DNA of 64,000 nucleotides from a virus (IMGVR_UViG_3300014208_000036:24794-88793), one strand, 5' to 3'; positions 7,536 to 16,954 are shown, numbered from the stretch's first letter. The notes: generated by a model not told the origin, from the letters alone. Numbers and translations: made by a program.

Positions 7536-7698
7536 TTCGATTATGATTGATTGTGATTGATAATTTTATTGTGGGAGTTGAACTTTGCTAGGTGAAACCC
7601 ATTGAAAAATGGTTAGTAACCTTTTTTCGTTCTGTGAACTTTTATGCGTTACCATGATACGATGTACCATCGGTCGGACGTTGAAGGTGTAGGTACAT

Positions 7699-8166
7699 AT
7701 GCGGACAAAAATCACCTGGACGGGTGGGACGCCTCCCATAAAACATCGCAAAAATTCAACTCGTAAGTCGAACAAGGACACAAATAAAAAAATGAACAGT
7801 TTCATCCCCTACGTTGGGAAAACCTTTTACCCAATCGATGAAGCCAGGGTTGAACTGGTCAAACCCGTCCCAGGGATGTTGTTCTCAGCGAAGCAATGTT
7901 TTGAAATGATACATACGGATGCTGCGCTCCGGATGATTCGATCGAATATCCATGAACACCCGTATTTTTATGTACGGCCGTGCTCAAATGTGAGAGCAAG
8001 GGAAAAAATCGTAGAACTTGGTGATCCTGTCATCTTCCTATACGAAGAACACATGAAGGAATTTGATCAGGGAATCGTGTTGAATGTCGTGAGACACGTT
8101 TTTCTTACGAGCGGGATGAAGGTATGCATCATCACAAACATGGACGCATTGATGCTCGTGCAATGA
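7699..8166 (+). CDS. Hypothetical protein (start may be 7792)
   Basis: ORF abutting the next gene. Confidence 0.6.
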   Translation: MRTKITWTGGTPPIKHRKNSTRKSNKDTNKKMNSFIPYVGKTFYPIDEARVELVKPVPGMLFSAKQCFEMIHTDAALRMIRSNIHEHPYFYVRPCSNVRAREKIVELGDPVIFLYEEHMKEFDQGIVLNVVRHVFLTSGMKVCIITNMDALMLVQ

Positions 8167-8436
8167 GTGCAAATTGTGGCATATCAATGGTATGCTTTTG
8201 GAATGGGCGATGTCGTAAAATTTTCTGATTACGTTGATGAATGGAAGGAGCTTTTTAAGCTAGATTCCTTATCGTCAACGCTGTACGTATACGGGAATAA
8301 AAAGACAGGATCGATCGAGGTGGTTCAAATTGATGATGAGATGAAATCAATTAGGACCTTGATCGATGAGCCGGATGCTCGTTTCATAATTGAGGCATTA
8401 TGCCTTCACCGTGGCATCGAGTTTAATCGCTTTTGA
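8167..8436 (+). CDS. Hypothetical protein
   Basis: 89-aa ORF. Confidence 0.6.
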   Translation: MQIVAYQWYAFGMGDVVKFSDYVDEWKELFKLDSLSSTLYVYGNKKTGSIEVVQIDDEMKSIRTLIDEPDARFIIEALCLHRGIEFNRF

Positions 8437-8522
8437 CGAATTGTGTTTTCCATTAAAGGCCGCGGGAAATTTTCTCAATTGACACGTGATGTTTCGGTGC
8501 AGTCACCGATAAAAGGTATAAA

Positions 8523-9245
8523 ATGAACGAAGAAAAATCAGTGTTTAACATCCTTGATGAGCTTGAGTCCACCGCCGGGTCCAACGCAAAGAAGGAAATC
8601 CTGTTCAAGAATCGTCACAATGAACTTCTAAAAAAAGTTTTCATCGCGGCGTGCGATCCTTACACCGTTTACTACGTGAACAAGTTCAAGATGCCCGTTT
8701 CAAAAGACGAACAGTCTGACGACAACATCCTGGATTATTTTTGTGACGTGGTGCTTCCGCCTTTGTCATCGAGGACTATGACCGGAAATGACGCGAAGCA
8801 GTGGGTCACCGATGCCTTCGAAAGGATGAACGAAAATCAGCAGAAATGGTGCCTCCGCATTCTCCTGAAAAATCTTAGGGTTGGTGTTCAAGAATCAACA
8901 TTGAACAAGGTTTGGCCTGGGCTTGTTAAAAGCTTCGCGGTCGCGCTCGCGACGACCGTGAAGAGTGAGTTCGTGAAAGGTGAAGGGATCAGGATCCTCG
9001 ATAACGTCGAATATCCGGTTCGTTGTGAACCGAAGCTCGATGGATTGCGTTGCATCGCTGTGAAGCAAGATGGCGTCGTGACGTTATTTACACGTAACGG
9101 TACTGTCCTTGAATCATCCGCCTTACAGTCAATTAAAGAAACGTTGGAAAAACTTCCATATGATAATATTGTCTTAGATGGTGAACTTTTGGACGATGAT
9201 CTTACATGGAATAGCACAATTTCAGCAGCTATGAAAAAGAGTTAA
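8523..9245 (+). CDS. lig: ATP-dependent DNA ligase, N-terminal piece (motifs I and III)
   Basis: T4-like N-domain (LESTAGSNAKKEIL), motif I EPKLDGLR, FTRNG, motif III VLDGEL. Confidence 0.9.
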   Translation: MNEEKSVFNILDELESTAGSNAKKEILFKNRHNELLKKVFIAACDPYTVYYVNKFKMPVSKDEQSDDNILDYFCDVVLPPLSSRTMTGNDAKQWVTDAFERMNENQQKWCLRILLKNLRVGVQESTLNKVWPGLVKSFAVALATTVKSEFVKGEGIRILDNVEYPVRCEPKLDGLRCIAVKQDGVVTLFTRNGTVLESSALQSIKETLEKLPYDNIVLDGELLDDDLTWNSTISAAMKKS

Positions 9246-9287
9246 AGATCATACCAAACGTGACTTACTAGTTATAGTACGCATTCT

Positions 9288-10028
9288 ATGACAATATTTC
9301 ACGTATACGTTGATTGGACAGATGAAAAATGTCCTAGACCATTTTATGTTGGAAAAGGAAATGAATTTCGTATTCAACATTACGTAAGAAACAAAAAACA
9401 CAAATTTATAAGAAAGACACTTGGAATACAACGAAAAATTGTATTTTCATCCACTAATGAAAAAGAGTGTTTTCAAAAAGAAATTGAGTTGATTTCAAAA
9501 TATCATACGTTTTACATAGATGATCTTGCTGACAAAGAAATTGTTTGTAATTTTACTAAAGGTGGAGATGGAACGACAGGTTGGATTCCAACTACTACTC
9601 AAAGAGAAAATATTGCTAAAGGCATCAAAAAAGCGTATGAAAAAAATCCTGAATTGGGGAAATTGATATCCGATAAGGCAAAAATTCGGATGAGCGACCC
9701 AAATTTCCGTGCGAAAATTTCACAAAAAATAAAAGATGCGTTGGCGTTAATGCCAGAAGATAAAAAGCGTGAAATGCATCAAAAATCAGCAGTTTCGAAT
9801 AGAGGGAAAATCTCTCCACAAAGAGGCTCAAATTCGTGGAGAACAACGCTTAATGACGTTCTTGTAAGACAAATCAAGAACGAATATAATGATTTACGAA
9901 AAAATCACAAAAAGACTAAAACTGTAAAATTACTTTGTGAAAAACATAATCAAACATATAATGTGATTTACAAGATCGTATCTAATGTAACGTGGAAACA
10001 TATCGAGGTAACAAATAATGACAATTGA
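9288..10028 (+). mobile_element. GIY-YIG homing endonuclease gene with NUMOD3-like repeats inserted in the ligase gene
   Basis: HVYVD...PFYVGKG, EIELI, NFTKGGDG; AT-rich; separates the two ligase pieces. Confidence 0.85.
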
Positions 10029-10647
10029 ACTTAACGTATTCGATGGAATGCTCCTCAAGGATTGGGTTGAACAGACGCCGCACATGATGTACGGTGCACG
10101 AACGGAGTTCGTGAGAATTGTTCTTTCCGACATCAAGGCAACGAACATCAAGCAGGTTGACCACGTCGTCGTAAATTCCGAGGCCGAATTGAAGAATTTC
10201 TTTTCAAAGTGCATGGATGAAGGATTCGAAGGTATCATGTTGAAGACGATGGATTCGTACTACGAATTCAAGCGCTCTGATAACATCAGGAAGCTTAAGC
10301 CCTGCGTTACGTACGAAGGCGTCGTCGTTTCGTGCTACGATGGTCGTCGAGGAACCAAGCGTGAAGGTACGTTCGGAGGGATGGAAATCCTGCTTCCGAA
10401 CGGTGTTATCACCCGTCTTGGAAGCGGATTCAACGATGCAATTCGAGCCGACGTTCAATTGGAAGGTTACGATGCGTACGTTGGTAGGATCGTTGAAATT
10501 GAAGCTCAACCAGATCCATTGACAGCTGATGGATTGAGCGTCGATGGAAAGGCAAGGTTCCCAGTGTTTTGCAGGTTTAGAAGTCCTGCTGACGTCGATA
10601 GTAAGGTTGTTGATGCGTACGATGCGTACGTGAAAGGTTCAAGATGA
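10018..10647 (+). CDS. lig: ATP-dependent DNA ligase, C-terminal piece (motifs IIIa, IV, V and OB domain)
   Basis: LNVFD, GFEGIMLK, YEFKRS..KLK, GSGF, RFPVF..FR. Confidence 0.9.
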   Translation: MTIELNVFDGMLLKDWVEQTPHMMYGARTEFVRIVLSDIKATNIKQVDHVVVNSEAELKNFFSKCMDEGFEGIMLKTMDSYYEFKRSDNIRKLKPCVTYEGVVVSCYDGRRGTKREGTFGGMEILLPNGVITRLGSGFNDAIRADVQLEGYDAYVGRIVEIEAQPDPLTADGLSVDGKARFPVFCRFRSPADVDSKVVDAYDAYVKGSR

Positions 10648-10982
10648 TTCTCTGGAAATTCAAGGAAAAACTTGAAACCCGAGGTGAGTCATATCCCTGC
10701 CGGGCGTTCAGATGGGTGATTGAAACAAATGCTTGGAAGAACGGTTCACGTGTAGTCTGGTCGTTCGGCCTGGTCAATCAACGCCAATCCAGAGATTCAA
10801 CGGAATGGCGCAGTTCGCATACGCTAGCGTACGAAATTACCGTCACAAACAAACTGTCGTGGGGATCTGAACATTTTTGGTATGATGGTCCACATTGTTC
10901 GTTCTCGATCGGTCCCATCACGTTTTCATGGGGCGACCTTCCATGGGGAGATCACTGTAGAAAGTGCTATAACGATGATTGA
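10644..10982 (+). CDS. Hypothetical Trp-rich protein
   Basis: ATGA overlap with ligase C piece. Confidence 0.6.
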   Translation: MILWKFKEKLETRGESYPCRAFRWVIETNAWKNGSRVVWSFGLVNQRQSRDSTEWRSSHTLAYEITVTNKLSWGSEHFWYDGPHCSFSIGPITFSWGDLPWGDHCRKCYNDD

Positions 10983-11223
10983 TGATATCGTCTACTATTG
11001 TGATAGCAAGAGGCACCTCGTGTGCACGCCCTACACGGTCGAGAATCTCCATCGTATGGCAACTGATCTGGGAATAAAGCGTTGTTGGTTTCATAGCGGT
11101 GCATCGTACCCTCATTACGATATTCCCAAACGAAGGATCAATGAGATCACTGAGAAATGTACGCTTGTAAGTTCATATGTGATACTTTCGATTGTAAAGG
11201 AAGTGTCAACCGATGCTCGTTAA
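10975..11223 (+). CDS. DUF4031-like protein
   Basis: HLV...ENLHRMATDLGIKRCWF...HYDI pattern. Confidence 0.65.
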   Translation: MIDDIVYYCDSKRHLVCTPYTVENLHRMATDLGIKRCWFHSGASYPHYDIPKRRINEITEKCTLVSSYVILSIVKEVSTDAR

Positions 11224-11254
11224 TTGTGCAAATTTCCACCCAAGGATGGTAAAT
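11224..11254 (+). promoter_or_regulatory. Phage promoter motif TTGTGCA-N17-GGTAAAT
   Basis: ATG follows 7 nt later with no room for a ribosome-binding site. Confidence 0.55.
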
Positions 11255-11261
11255 CTAGACC

Positions 11262-12608
11262 ATGTTCAAGCCACTCGAAAATTGTGATTATCAGTACCAC
11301 AAGTACCTGGTAAGCTTCTTGAATGATTGTCCCTTTTATGCGACGCTATCGCAGCACTGTCGGTACGTATTGACCAACGATATTCCTACCGCTGCTGTCG
11401 GGTACGATGTTGCGAATGATTCCATCACGATGGGACTCAATCCTGAATTCTGCCTTGCGCAGGAAGACTCGCAGATGAAGGGTCTGCTGAAGCATGAGTT
11501 CAATCACATCACGTTTGGGCATCTTTCCTCACGTAAACCGAGTGATACGAGCCTGTTCAAGCTCTGGAACATTGCAACTGACTGTGCGAACAACTCTTTG
11601 ATTGAGGAGGAAGCAAACAACAGCTCGAACGTGAAGAAGCTTCCTGATTGTGTGATCGTTCCTGGACGTCGTTCGGTGATGTCGAAGGAAAAACTCGACA
11701 AGATGAGTGAGCAGGAACGTGAGGCTCATACGAAGTTTGCTGATATCATCGCTGGGCTTCCGAAGCTCGAAACTTCGGAGTACTACTTCTACAAGATCTA
11801 CGAAAAAATCAAGGATGACCCTTCGTTCGGTGGATTGAACGGTCAGGGAAATTTCGAAATTTCATTCGAACCCGGTGGTGGTGACGGCTCGCTCGACAGC
11901 CATGAATTTTGGGGAAATATTCCTGAAGAACAGCGAGAATTCATCGAGCAAAAAATCAAGCAGGCTGTGGCCGAAGCTGTGAAGACTGCCGATCGTCAAT
12001 CCAACGGTTGGGGTAACATTCCATCGCACGTCGTTGCCGAGATTCGTCGATCGGTGACGCAGACGATCAACTGGAGAACGATTCTTCGACAGTTCGTTGG
12101 TTCGATCTCCCGTGGGGCTCGAACCTCATCGATCAAGAGGATCAATCGACGGTATCCGTACATTCATCCAGGTACGAAGCGTGGTTACCAGACTAAGCTT
12201 CTCATCGCGATCGATCAATCGGGATCGGTTGATGATTCGATGCTCGGAACCTTCTTTGCCGAGCTCGACTCCTTGACGAAAAAGGTCGATGTTTCAATTC
12301 TTCCGTTCGATTGCGAGGCGAGTGAGAGTGAAATCATCGAGTGGAAGAAGGGTTCGAAGCTCGATCTCAAAAGGACGAGAATGGGTGGAACTGATTTCAA
12401 CGCGCCTTCGCGGATCTTCAATGATCAGAAGAATAGAAATCGTTGGGATGGAATGCTCATCATGACAGACGGATGCGCCGGAGCCCCCGAGGCCGTACGT
12501 AAGAAGAGAGGTTGGGTCTTGGGTAAGGGTTGTAAGCTTGAATTTCCTTCGTCGGAACTCATCATCAATGTCGGTGACGAAGGCAATATGACCGGTGCCT
12601 GGCGCTGA
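11262..12608 (+). CDS. DUF2201-type metallopeptidase + VWA domain protein (MoxR partner)
   Basis: LLKHEFNH, WNIATDCANN, VWA MIDAS IDQSGS, GGTDF, LIMTDG. Confidence 0.88.
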   Translation: MFKPLENCDYQYHKYLVSFLNDCPFYATLSQHCRYVLTNDIPTAAVGYDVANDSITMGLNPEFCLAQEDSQMKGLLKHEFNHITFGHLSSRKPSDTSLFKLWNIATDCANNSLIEEEANNSSNVKKLPDCVIVPGRRSVMSKEKLDKMSEQEREAHTKFADIIAGLPKLETSEYYFYKIYEKIKDDPSFGGLNGQGNFEISFEPGGGDGSLDSHEFWGNIPEEQREFIEQKIKQAVAEAVKTADRQSNGWGNIPSHVVAEIRRSVTQTINWRTILRQFVGSISRGARTSSIKRINRRYPYIHPGTKRGYQTKLLIAIDQSGSVDDSMLGTFFAELDSLTKKVDVSILPFDCEASESEIIEWKKGSKLDLKRTRMGGTDFNAPSRIFNDQKNRNRWDGMLIMTDGCAGAPEAVRKKRGWVLGKGCKLEFPSSELIINVGDEGNMTGAWR

Positions 12609-12853
12609 TGTGGTTTTTGATTCCCATCGTTGTCCTACTTCTGCTCGCTGTATTTAGTCGTAACGGATACCTTGCTGTGATGTTGTTCTTCATCGCGCCT
12701 CTCATGGGATTGCTCTTGGGAGGCGCGGTGTGGGCGGCGGCGGCACTATTTGTTGGTGAACTAATAACGATCACGGCATTTGTATCATTCGTGATTTTTG
12801 CAATGGTCCTTTTTCAGGGTTACGTCATCAAAGAACATCTAGAAAGGGTTTAA
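12608..12853 (+). CDS. Small membrane protein
   Basis: Mostly hydrophobic, about 3 TM helices. Confidence 0.7.
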   Translation: MWFLIPIVVLLLLAVFSRNGYLAVMLFFIAPLMGLLLGGAVWAAAALFVGELITITAFVSFVIFAMVLFQGYVIKEHLERV

Positions 12854-12855
12854 TT

Positions 12856-13125
12856 ATGAACGATAATGAACGTCTACGTGACCAGATCATGAGCATCAAG
12901 ATGAAATTGATGATTCCGATTTTTTACATGCTAGCGATCATCGTCGCAATTGTGCTATCGATCTTTGTTGATCCATCGTTGGGTTTGGCGGTTTACATCA
13001 CGACGTTGTCACTGTGGGGTTCAGCGCGGATCATCACTGAGTGTGCTGAATCGGTTCTTGTTTTCTTCGCCGTAAAAGAGCTTGAAAAGACTGATCCGCG
13101 GCTGAACGATAGTAACGATGAGTGA
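12856..13125 (+). CDS. Small membrane protein
   Basis: Two hydrophobic helices. Confidence 0.7.
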   Translation: MNDNERLRDQIMSIKMKLMIPIFYMLAIIVAIVLSIFVDPSLGLAVYITTLSLWGSARIITECAESVLVFFAVKELEKTDPRLNDSNDE

Positions 13126-13146
13126 TGTCTATTTATCGCAGGATAG

Positions 13147-13347
13147 ATGTTTGTTAACGTTGGTGATCTTGTCGTTTTAAAGAACTTCTACACGGGGTTT
13201 AGCTTAACAACCGATGCTGGGTTCCGTGATTTTACTGCTGATGATGTTGGAATAGTGTTGAAGGTTGGCAGCCTTGATGTGACGATCGTGTCATCAAGGT
13301 TAATGTACGGATCATTGCCTAAAGCAACATTGAAAAGATTGACCTGA
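13147..13347 (+). CDS. Small SH3/KOW-like hypothetical protein
   Basis: VGDLVVL...VGIVLKV pattern. Confidence 0.6.
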   Translation: MFVNVGDLVVLKNFYTGFSLTTDAGFRDFTADDVGIVLKVGSLDVTIVSSRLMYGSLPKATLKRLT

Positions 13348-13350
13348 ACA

Positions 13351-13737
13351 ATGACAGCACCTCCTTCAACAAAACCTGGTGGAACAGCCCCTTGGTACAT
13401 GCCTACGTTGGATGATCTTGATTGGTGTGATGGTTCAACGAGCATCGAACCTGAGCCACCAGCCATCGTTTCGCCCAAGCCCGTTCCAGGTAGCATGAAA
13501 CTCCTCATTGAGGACATGTATGAACCGTTATTTCTTTCCGCAACGTGGTCGATCGTTGTGAAATTAAACGGTCGTGTCGTTGAAAGATCGCTAACACAGG
13601 ATCAAACGCACAAAAAGGCTGATGTTGATTCATATGCAAAATCATACATCTGGTCCAACAAAACATTTCTCCAGGGAATCGGCGTTGATGTTGTTGATGT
13701 GTACGTGAAACACGGTGGAAATGCTAGGGATTTGTAG
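13351..13737 (+). CDS. Hypothetical protein
   Basis: 128-aa ORF. Confidence 0.6.
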   Translation: MTAPPSTKPGGTAPWYMPTLDDLDWCDGSTSIEPEPPAIVSPKPVPGSMKLLIEDMYEPLFLSATWSIVVKLNGRVVERSLTQDQTHKKADVDSYAKSYIWSNKTFLQGIGVDVVDVYVKHGGNARDL

Positions 13738-13778
13738 CTAAAACGACAGGTTAAAAATCAACTGCGTCATGCATACTT

Positions 13779-14564
13779 ATGTGCATGACGCAGTTGTGCA
13801 TTTCAACCCCAGAAAATCATATTTCAGCGGAAGAATTTATTGAAAATGTGAAGGGCAAGGATTTTTTTGAGCGTGAGAAGATTGTTGAGGAGATGTTGCT
13901 CAGCGGTAACGTTCCATCGTGGATGCGAACATTTGTCGATGTTAAATTCACCGTGCCAGGATTCGTTGCAAATTCTGTGGTTCAACGTGAGGTTGTCATA
14001 AAAGTGTTGCCGGATTATCTCACGATCGGGACCGATGAATCACACCTACGATATCCTCTGTCACCGCTTGCCTCACAGAGAATTGCTGATGCATGGAATT
14101 GTCTCCTACCCACAACTAAATTGGTCACTCTCGTGTGGCACGCGGGGGCAAAGGTTGCCCCTCACCCGTGGGGCCCGCCTTATGATGCATCCATGCACTC
14201 GCTCGATAGGTTTGTTGCACATAACAAATTGGTCGATGATGACCTTGCTAAGCATGATATTTTGCCAGGGATGTTCGTCGTTGGTCACAAAAAGGATGTC
14301 GTGATCACAAACAGGCTTGTTTCAAGGCCGAAGCAGGTCGCAATATTCGGTTGGCATCAATTGAATGGAAAGGCGATTCAACCATTAAGTCTCATCCATG
14401 AAAACACGTATGCTGATTACAGTCACGGAACAAGATTGATATCACAAATATGCACCATCGATGGCATTGAATTCAAGCTAGACGAACTTCTTTGCGATAA
14501 AACATGGGGGAAACAATTTTCCGACGAGGGTCAAATGAAGACCGTCCGTCAACCGGGCGTTTGA
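13779..14564 (+). CDS. Protein of unknown function (possible cell-wall enzyme)
   Basis: Globular, enzyme-like motifs GHKKDVV, IFGWH, YADYSHG; function is inference. Confidence 0.6.
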   Translation: MCMTQLCISTPENHISAEEFIENVKGKDFFEREKIVEEMLLSGNVPSWMRTFVDVKFTVPGFVANSVVQREVVIKVLPDYLTIGTDESHLRYPLSPLASQRIADAWNCLLPTTKLVTLVWHAGAKVAPHPWGPPYDASMHSLDRFVAHNKLVDDDLAKHDILPGMFVVGHKKDVVITNRLVSRPKQVAIFGWHQLNGKAIQPLSLIHENTYADYSHGTRLISQICTIDGIEFKLDELLCDKTWGKQFSDEGQMKTVRQPGV

Positions 14565-14638
14565 TTCAAAGCACGTACGTTAATCATAACATTTACCAGG
14601 ACGACAACTTCATACGTTACCATATATAGATTATACAC

Positions 14639-15436
14639 GTGGGACTGCGTAACAAAGTAAATAAAGATGGATTTATTTCAAAGGAGATACCTGGTATTGA
14701 ATCCAAATTTTACATAGATGAACAAGTCCACATAAACCATCTAGCACCGGAAAGCGGAAATCAGTCAATTTCCGTGAATTCTGATGGTGCCCTTATCGCA
14801 GAAGAGAGCACAACGTTCACATCATTGTCTAGCTCTTTTACGCTTGTTTCAAGTTCATTTATTGCGCTATCTAGCTCTTTTTTGTTGCTTTCATCTAGCG
14901 TTGATGACATCAATGAAATGCCGCAGGTTGTCCACACTGTTAGCGGTTCATTGTCGTGGGGAGTTGCAAACATTCTTACAGGTTCAGCTTCCGCAATGTC
15001 AATCCCACTTGTTTCAGCGGGACCCGGAAGATGGCTTGAAGTTATAAACACGATGGTTGATACGACGGCAATCCTCACCCGAAGTGGATCTGATATCGTC
15101 GTTAATGGCACAACGGGGACAACATATAATCTACCCGCAGGCGCGGCCGTCGTGATCCGGGCCGCCGCGACCGGGACGAACGTCTACATCGAGCACGGCG
15201 GCAGCGGCGGTGGCGCAGCGGTCGCGAGCACGGCCTACGCAGCATCGGTCACGCTATCGATAGCGGCGTCTCGCGCACATGACATCGGGCTTCTTACGGG
15301 AGATATCTCGATCGATGCGTCCGGGCTCGCGAGCTCCGACGCACTCGTTACCGTCCGTGTGCAGAACGACGGGGGTAGACGCGTTTCTTGGGCGTCGAAG
15401 TTCGTGTTTCAGCCCGGAGACGAGGAGGCCGCGTAG
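14639..15436 (+). CDS. Virion/fibre protein, N-terminal part (ends at in-frame TAG)
   Basis: SSSF repeats, beta-rich G/S/T/A composition; GC rises sharply near 15135. Confidence 0.7.
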   Translation: MGLRNKVNKDGFISKEIPGIESKFYIDEQVHINHLAPESGNQSISVNSDGALIAEESTTFTSLSSSFTLVSSSFIALSSSFLLLSSSVDDINEMPQVVHTVSGSLSWGVANILTGSASAMSIPLVSAGPGRWLEVINTMVDTTAILTRSGSDIVVNGTTGTTYNLPAGAAVVIRAAATGTNVYIEHGGSGGGAAVASTAYAASVTLSIAASRAHDIGLLTGDISIDASGLASSDALVTVRVQNDGGRRVSWASKFVFQPGDEEAA

Positions 15437-16875
15437 GGCGTGTACGACGTTACCACGTGGACATTCCGCGACAACGGGACCACGCTCGAGTGTGTCTCTA
15501 GGCAAGTTCGATCGGCGATGACACCAGCCGATGCAACGGGCGCGGCCGTGTGGCTATCGGCGCGCACGCAGGTATCGGTTTCGTCATGGGAGGACCAGGT
15601 CGGGGCTAACGACGCTGCGCAGGCTACGGCCGGCAATCAGCCCACGTCGACGACCTACCACGGCTCGCCGTGCCTCACGTTCGACGGATCTAACGACTAC
15701 ATGTCCAACCCGGTCAGCATGGCGGACGGGGCGAAGTGGCTAGCCGTGTCGTTCAAGCTGAACGCTGTACCTGGCGCGTCGTCGTTCAAGAGCCTCGTTC
15801 GCATGCTTGGGAGTTCAGGCAAATTCGTTGAATTGCTGGCAATGAACTTCGGCGGATACAAGTCGCTCTCGTTCCTTGCTGATTTCTCGGCGGCGGGCGG
15901 GTCTGCCGTTGGCGTGGACCTCCCGCTGGACCTGGCCCCTCATGTCGTGATTGTGCAGTATCTCGGCGGCACGAACACGAACCCAGATCAATACCATCTT
16001 TGGGTTGATGGCACATGGAGAACGCCTCGGGCTAGCTCTACGATCAACGCAGAGGCGAGCGCCATCGGTGCCATTGGCGGGCGCGCCACGAGCGTGCCGG
16101 CCACGAGTTCCAACGCGTCAGTGTCGATGTTCGACGTCAGCGCCGGACTCGGCACGCTCACGCATCGCGACGCGGATAGGATCGCCGCGCAACTACTGCG
16201 AGGACAGGGCCGCAGATCCACACTCGGCCCGCAGATCGTGTGTGACGGCAACAGCCTTACATACGGGTTCGGCGCGGGCTACCTGGATGCCAGCGGGTAT
16301 CTGAACGGCTACCCATACCAACTCGCAACGACGAAGCTTGGCGGCGAGTCTCGATGGAACCTGGTGAACCTCGGGGTTAACGGCCAGACTACGGCGCAAA
16401 TGGTAACGGACTTCGACTCTCAGGTCGCCCCCCTTTACAATCCGCTCCGACCTCGCAACGTGCTCGTGTGCTGGGAGATCGGGAACCACATATACGGAGG
16501 GGCTACGGCGGACGACGCAATGGGCTCCGTCATCGACTATTGCGAGCGCGGGCGCAGGACTGGCTTCGAGGTACTCGTCGCCAACTGTTCCGCGCGTAGC
16601 GATATTACGGCAGGTGTCGAGACCATTCGGACCACCGTCAATACGTACCTCTCCGCCACGTGGTCGTCGTTCGCGGATGGGCTAATCGACTTCGATGGGG
16701 ATGCTCGATTGGTGACGCCATTGACCGATGGTGTGCATTTCGACGCGACTCAATATGGGTATGTGGCCGAGGACGTGCACACTGTGCTCGCTCGCATGCT
16801 CGGGAAAGCATACGTGCCGGCATGACCCAGCGCCAGCCCCCGCAGCTCATCGGCCTCGGCCCTGACTCGACTCCA
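15135..16875. other. GC-rich horizontally acquired segment
   Basis: Abrupt by-eye shift to GC-rich sequence within ORF 14639; ends in truncated ORF start ATG 16822. Confidence 0.75.
15440..16825 (+). CDS. LamG/lectin-like + SGNH hydrolase fibre module
   Basis: LTFDGSNDYM; SGNH blocks DGNSLT, NLGVNG, EIGN, DGVH; in frame with upstream ORF. Confidence 0.85.
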   Translation: MYDVTTWTFRDNGTTLECVSRQVRSAMTPADATGAAVWLSARTQVSVSSWEDQVGANDAAQATAGNQPTSTTYHGSPCLTFDGSNDYMSNPVSMADGAKWLAVSFKLNAVPGASSFKSLVRMLGSSGKFVELLAMNFGGYKSLSFLADFSAAGGSAVGVDLPLDLAPHVVIVQYLGGTNTNPDQYHLWVDGTWRTPRASSTINAEASAIGAIGGRATSVPATSSNASVSMFDVSAGLGTLTHRDADRIAAQLLRGQGRRSTLGPQIVCDGNSLTYGFGAGYLDASGYLNGYPYQLATTKLGGESRWNLVNLGVNGQTTAQMVTDFDSQVAPLYNPLRPRNVLVCWEIGNHIYGGATADDAMGSVIDYCERGRRTGFEVLVANCSARSDITAGVETIRTTVNTYLSATWSSFADGLIDFDGDARLVTPLTDGVHFDATQYGYVAEDVHTVLARMLGKAYVPA

Positions 16876-16912
16876 TGTAGTAACTACAAATATGTTTAAA
16901 CAAGAGAACATT

Positions 16913-16944
16913 TTGTGTACACTATTCTCTTGACGTGGTATACT
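16913..16944 (+). promoter_or_regulatory. Phage promoter motif TTGTGTA-N17-GGTATACT
   Basis: 10 nt upstream of tRNA-Glu that opens the second tRNA cluster. Confidence 0.6.
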
Positions 16945-16954
16945 TGTATTATCT

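Noticed and set aside
7533-7562. GATT micro-repeat tract
   Set aside because: Short, imperfect, low-complexity; no functional evidence.
9243-10020. Conventional group I intron or intein in the ligase gene
   Set aside because: The interval is almost fully occupied by the endonuclease ORF with no P7/P9 pairing evident; stop codons and a frame change exclude an intein. Kept only as a testable alternative.
13772-13779. Late promoter consensus (C/T)ATA(C/A)TTA (also 23478-23485, minus strand 43271-43278 and near 46300)
   Set aside because: Too few and too AT-generic instances to support by eye; needs motif discovery on the whole genome.
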